Source: Auanema rhodensis (lineage: Eukaryota; Animalia; Nematoda). Taken from it: a DNA stretch of 64,000 nucleotides. This document shows, piece by piece, positions 61,490 to 64,000 of the stretch; position 1 is the first letter of the stretch; each line of letters opens with the position of its first letter. Location of the stretch: contig OZ059894.1 of the NCBI GenBank assembly GCA_964057225.1, positions 13,206,001 through 13,270,000 on the forward strand. The letters run 5' to 3'. The notes below the pieces were generated by a model. The model saw only the letters and a program-made list of their open reading frames with translations. It did no database searches and was not told the DNA's origin. Both the position numbers and the translations under genes were made by a program.

Positions 61490-64000
61490 TTTTATAATTT
61501 TTCAATTCATTTTACTCCATTTTCTTCATTTAATCACGTATTTTGAAACAATCTCATATTTTTACAATAGTTTTGAAACAATTCATTGGTTCATTAAGAT
61601 TTGAAACATTAAAAACGATCTTAATTTGAATTTTCTGATACTAAGAAAATAAAACATGGAAATATTTTATAATTTTCCAATTCATTTTATTCCATTTTCT
61701 TCATTTAATCACGTATTTTGAAACAATCTCAAATTTTTACAATAGTTTTGAAACAATTCATTCGTTCTGTAAGATTTTAAACAGTGAAAAAAAAAAGTTT
61801 AAATATTTTGATACTCAAGAAATAAAACATGAAAATATTTTATAATTTTCCAATTCATTTTACTCCATTTTCTTCATTTAATCACGTATTTTGAAACAAT
61901 CTCATATTTTCACAATAGTTTTGAAACAATTCATTCGTTCATTGAGATTTGAAACATTAAAAACGATCTTAATTTGAATTTTCTGATACTAAAAAAATAA
62001 AACATGGAAATATTTTATAATTTTCCAATTCATTTTACTCCATTTTCTTCATTTAATCACGTATTTTGAAACAATCTCAAATTTTTACAATAGTTTTGAA
62101 ACAATTCATTCGTTCATTAAGATTTTAAACAGTGAAAAAAAAAAGTTTGAATATTTTGAAACTCAAGAAATAAAACATGAAAATATTTTATAATTTTCCA
62201 ATTCATTTTACTCCATTTTCTTCATTTAATCACGTATTTTGAAACAATCTCATATTTTCACAATAGTTTTGAAACAATTCATTCGTTCATTAAGATTTTA
62301 AACAGTGAAAAAAAAAAGTTTGAATATTTTGATACTCAAGAAATAAAACATGAAAATATTTTATAATTTTCCAATTCATTTTACTCCATTTTCTTCATTT
62401 AATCACGTATTTTGAAACAATCTCAAATTTTTACAATAGTTTTGAAACAATTCATTCGTTCATTAAGATTTTAAACAGTGAAAAAAAAAAGTTTGAATAT
62501 TTTGATACTCAAGAAATAAAACATGAAAATATTTTATAATATTCCAATTCATTTTACTCTATTTTCTTCATTTAATCATGTTTCTTGGAACAATTTTAAA
62601 TTTTTACAATAATTTCGAAACTAATCATCCAGTTAATAATGTTTTTAACAGTAAAGAAGTTATAATTTTAAATATTTTGGTACTCAAAAAATAAAACATG
62701 AAAATATTTTAAAATTTTCCAATTCATTTTACTCTATTTTCTTCATTTAATCACGTATTTTGAAACAATCTCAAATTTTTACAATAGTTTTGAAACAATT
62801 CATTCGTTCATTAAGATTTTAAACAGTGAAAAAAAAAAGTTTAAATATTTTGATACTCAAGAAATAAAACATGAAAATATTTTATAATTTTTCAATTCAT
62901 TTTACTCCATTTTCTTCATTTAATCACGTATTTTGAAACAATCTCATATTTTTACAATAGTTTTGAAACAATTCATTGGTTCATTAAGATTTGAAACATT
63001 AAAAACGATCTTAATTTGAATTTTCTGATACTAAGAAAATAAAACATGGAAATATTTTATAATTTTCCAATTCATTTTATTCCATTTTCTTCATTTAATC
63101 ACGTATTTTGAAACAATCTCAAATTTTTACAATAGTTTTGAAACAATTCATTCGTTCTGTAAGATTTTAAACAGTGAAAAAAAAAAGTTTAAATATTTTG
63201 ATACTCAAGAAATAAAACATGAAAATATTTTATAATTTTCCAATTCATTTTACTCCATTTTCTTCATTTAATCACGTATTTTGAAACAATCTCATATTTT
63301 CACAATAGTTTTGAAACAATTCATTCGTTCATTGAGATTTGAAACATTAAAAACGATCTTAATTTGAATTTTCTGATACTAAAAAAATAAAACATGGAAA
63401 TATTTTATAATTTTCCAATTCATTTTACTCCATTTTCTTCATTTAATCACGTATTTTGAAACAATCTCAAATTTTTACAATAGTTTTGAAACAATTCATT
63501 CGTTCATTAAGATTTTAAACAGTGAAAAAAAAAAGTTTGAATATTTTGAAACTCAAGAAATAAAACATGAAAATATTTTATAATTTTCCAATTCATTTTA
63601 CTCCATTTTCTTCATTTAATCACGTATTTTGAAACAATCTCATATTTTCACAATAGTTTTGAAACAATTCATTCGTTCATTAAGATTTTAAACAGTGAAA
63701 AAAAAAAGTTTGAATATTTTGATACTCAAGAAATAAAACATGAAAATATTTTATAATTTTCCAATTCATTTTACTCCATTTTCTTCATTTAATCACGTAT
63801 TTTGAAACAATCTCAAATTTTTACAATAGTTTTGAAACAATTCATTCGTTCATTAAGATTTTAAACAGTGAAAAAAAAAAGTTTGAATATTTTGATACTC
63901 AAGAAATAAAACATGAAAATATTTTATAATATTCCAATTCATTTTACTCTATTTTCTTCATTTAATCATGTTTCTTGGAACAATTTTAAATTTTTACAAT
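61490..64000. repeat. Higher-order repeat or recent tandem duplication, 8-mer of 1390 bp
   Basis: ATTCATTGGT at 61581 and 62971, and C-monomer starts at 62577 and 63967. Both pairs are 1390 bp apart. Fewer than two full copies are in the window. Confidence 0.8.

Larger units (their letters stand above)
59411..64000. repeat. Same satellite array, right arm; runs off the window end
   Basis: Same A/B/C monomers in the same orientation. The array resumes in exact phase (CCAAT-TCATTTTACTCC) after the element. Confidence 0.99.

Overview
Eukaryotic, probably nematode, heterochromatin-like DNA with no host genes. About 55 kb is one head-to-tail AT-rich satellite array of 172-175 bp monomers. It contains three monomer families plus chimeras, arranged in successive domains with different higher-order repeats (HORs: 1746 bp 10-mer, 2458 bp 14-mer, 1390 bp 8-mer). 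A single 9,224 bp BEL/Pao (Belpaoviridae/Semotivirus-type) LTR retroelement interrupts the array at 50187-59410 (+ strand, TGT...ACA ends, CCAAT target-site duplication, 1 mismatch in 851 aligned LTR bp). It encodes Gag (three CCHC knuckles), protease, RT, RNase H, integrase and a phlebovirus-like Gn/Gc class II fusion envelope, so it is an endogenous enveloped-virus-like element. The copy is young but carries three lesions: loss of the 5' LTR tip, primer-binding site and gag start; a frameshifting deletion before RT; and a +1 frameshift in the Gc membrane anchor. The most novel item is an unrecognised ~238 aa protein that continues in frame after the Gc tail. It has a coiled coil, NLS-like basic patches and four full CDK-consensus sites. 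All calls are from motif recognition by eye; no database searches were run.
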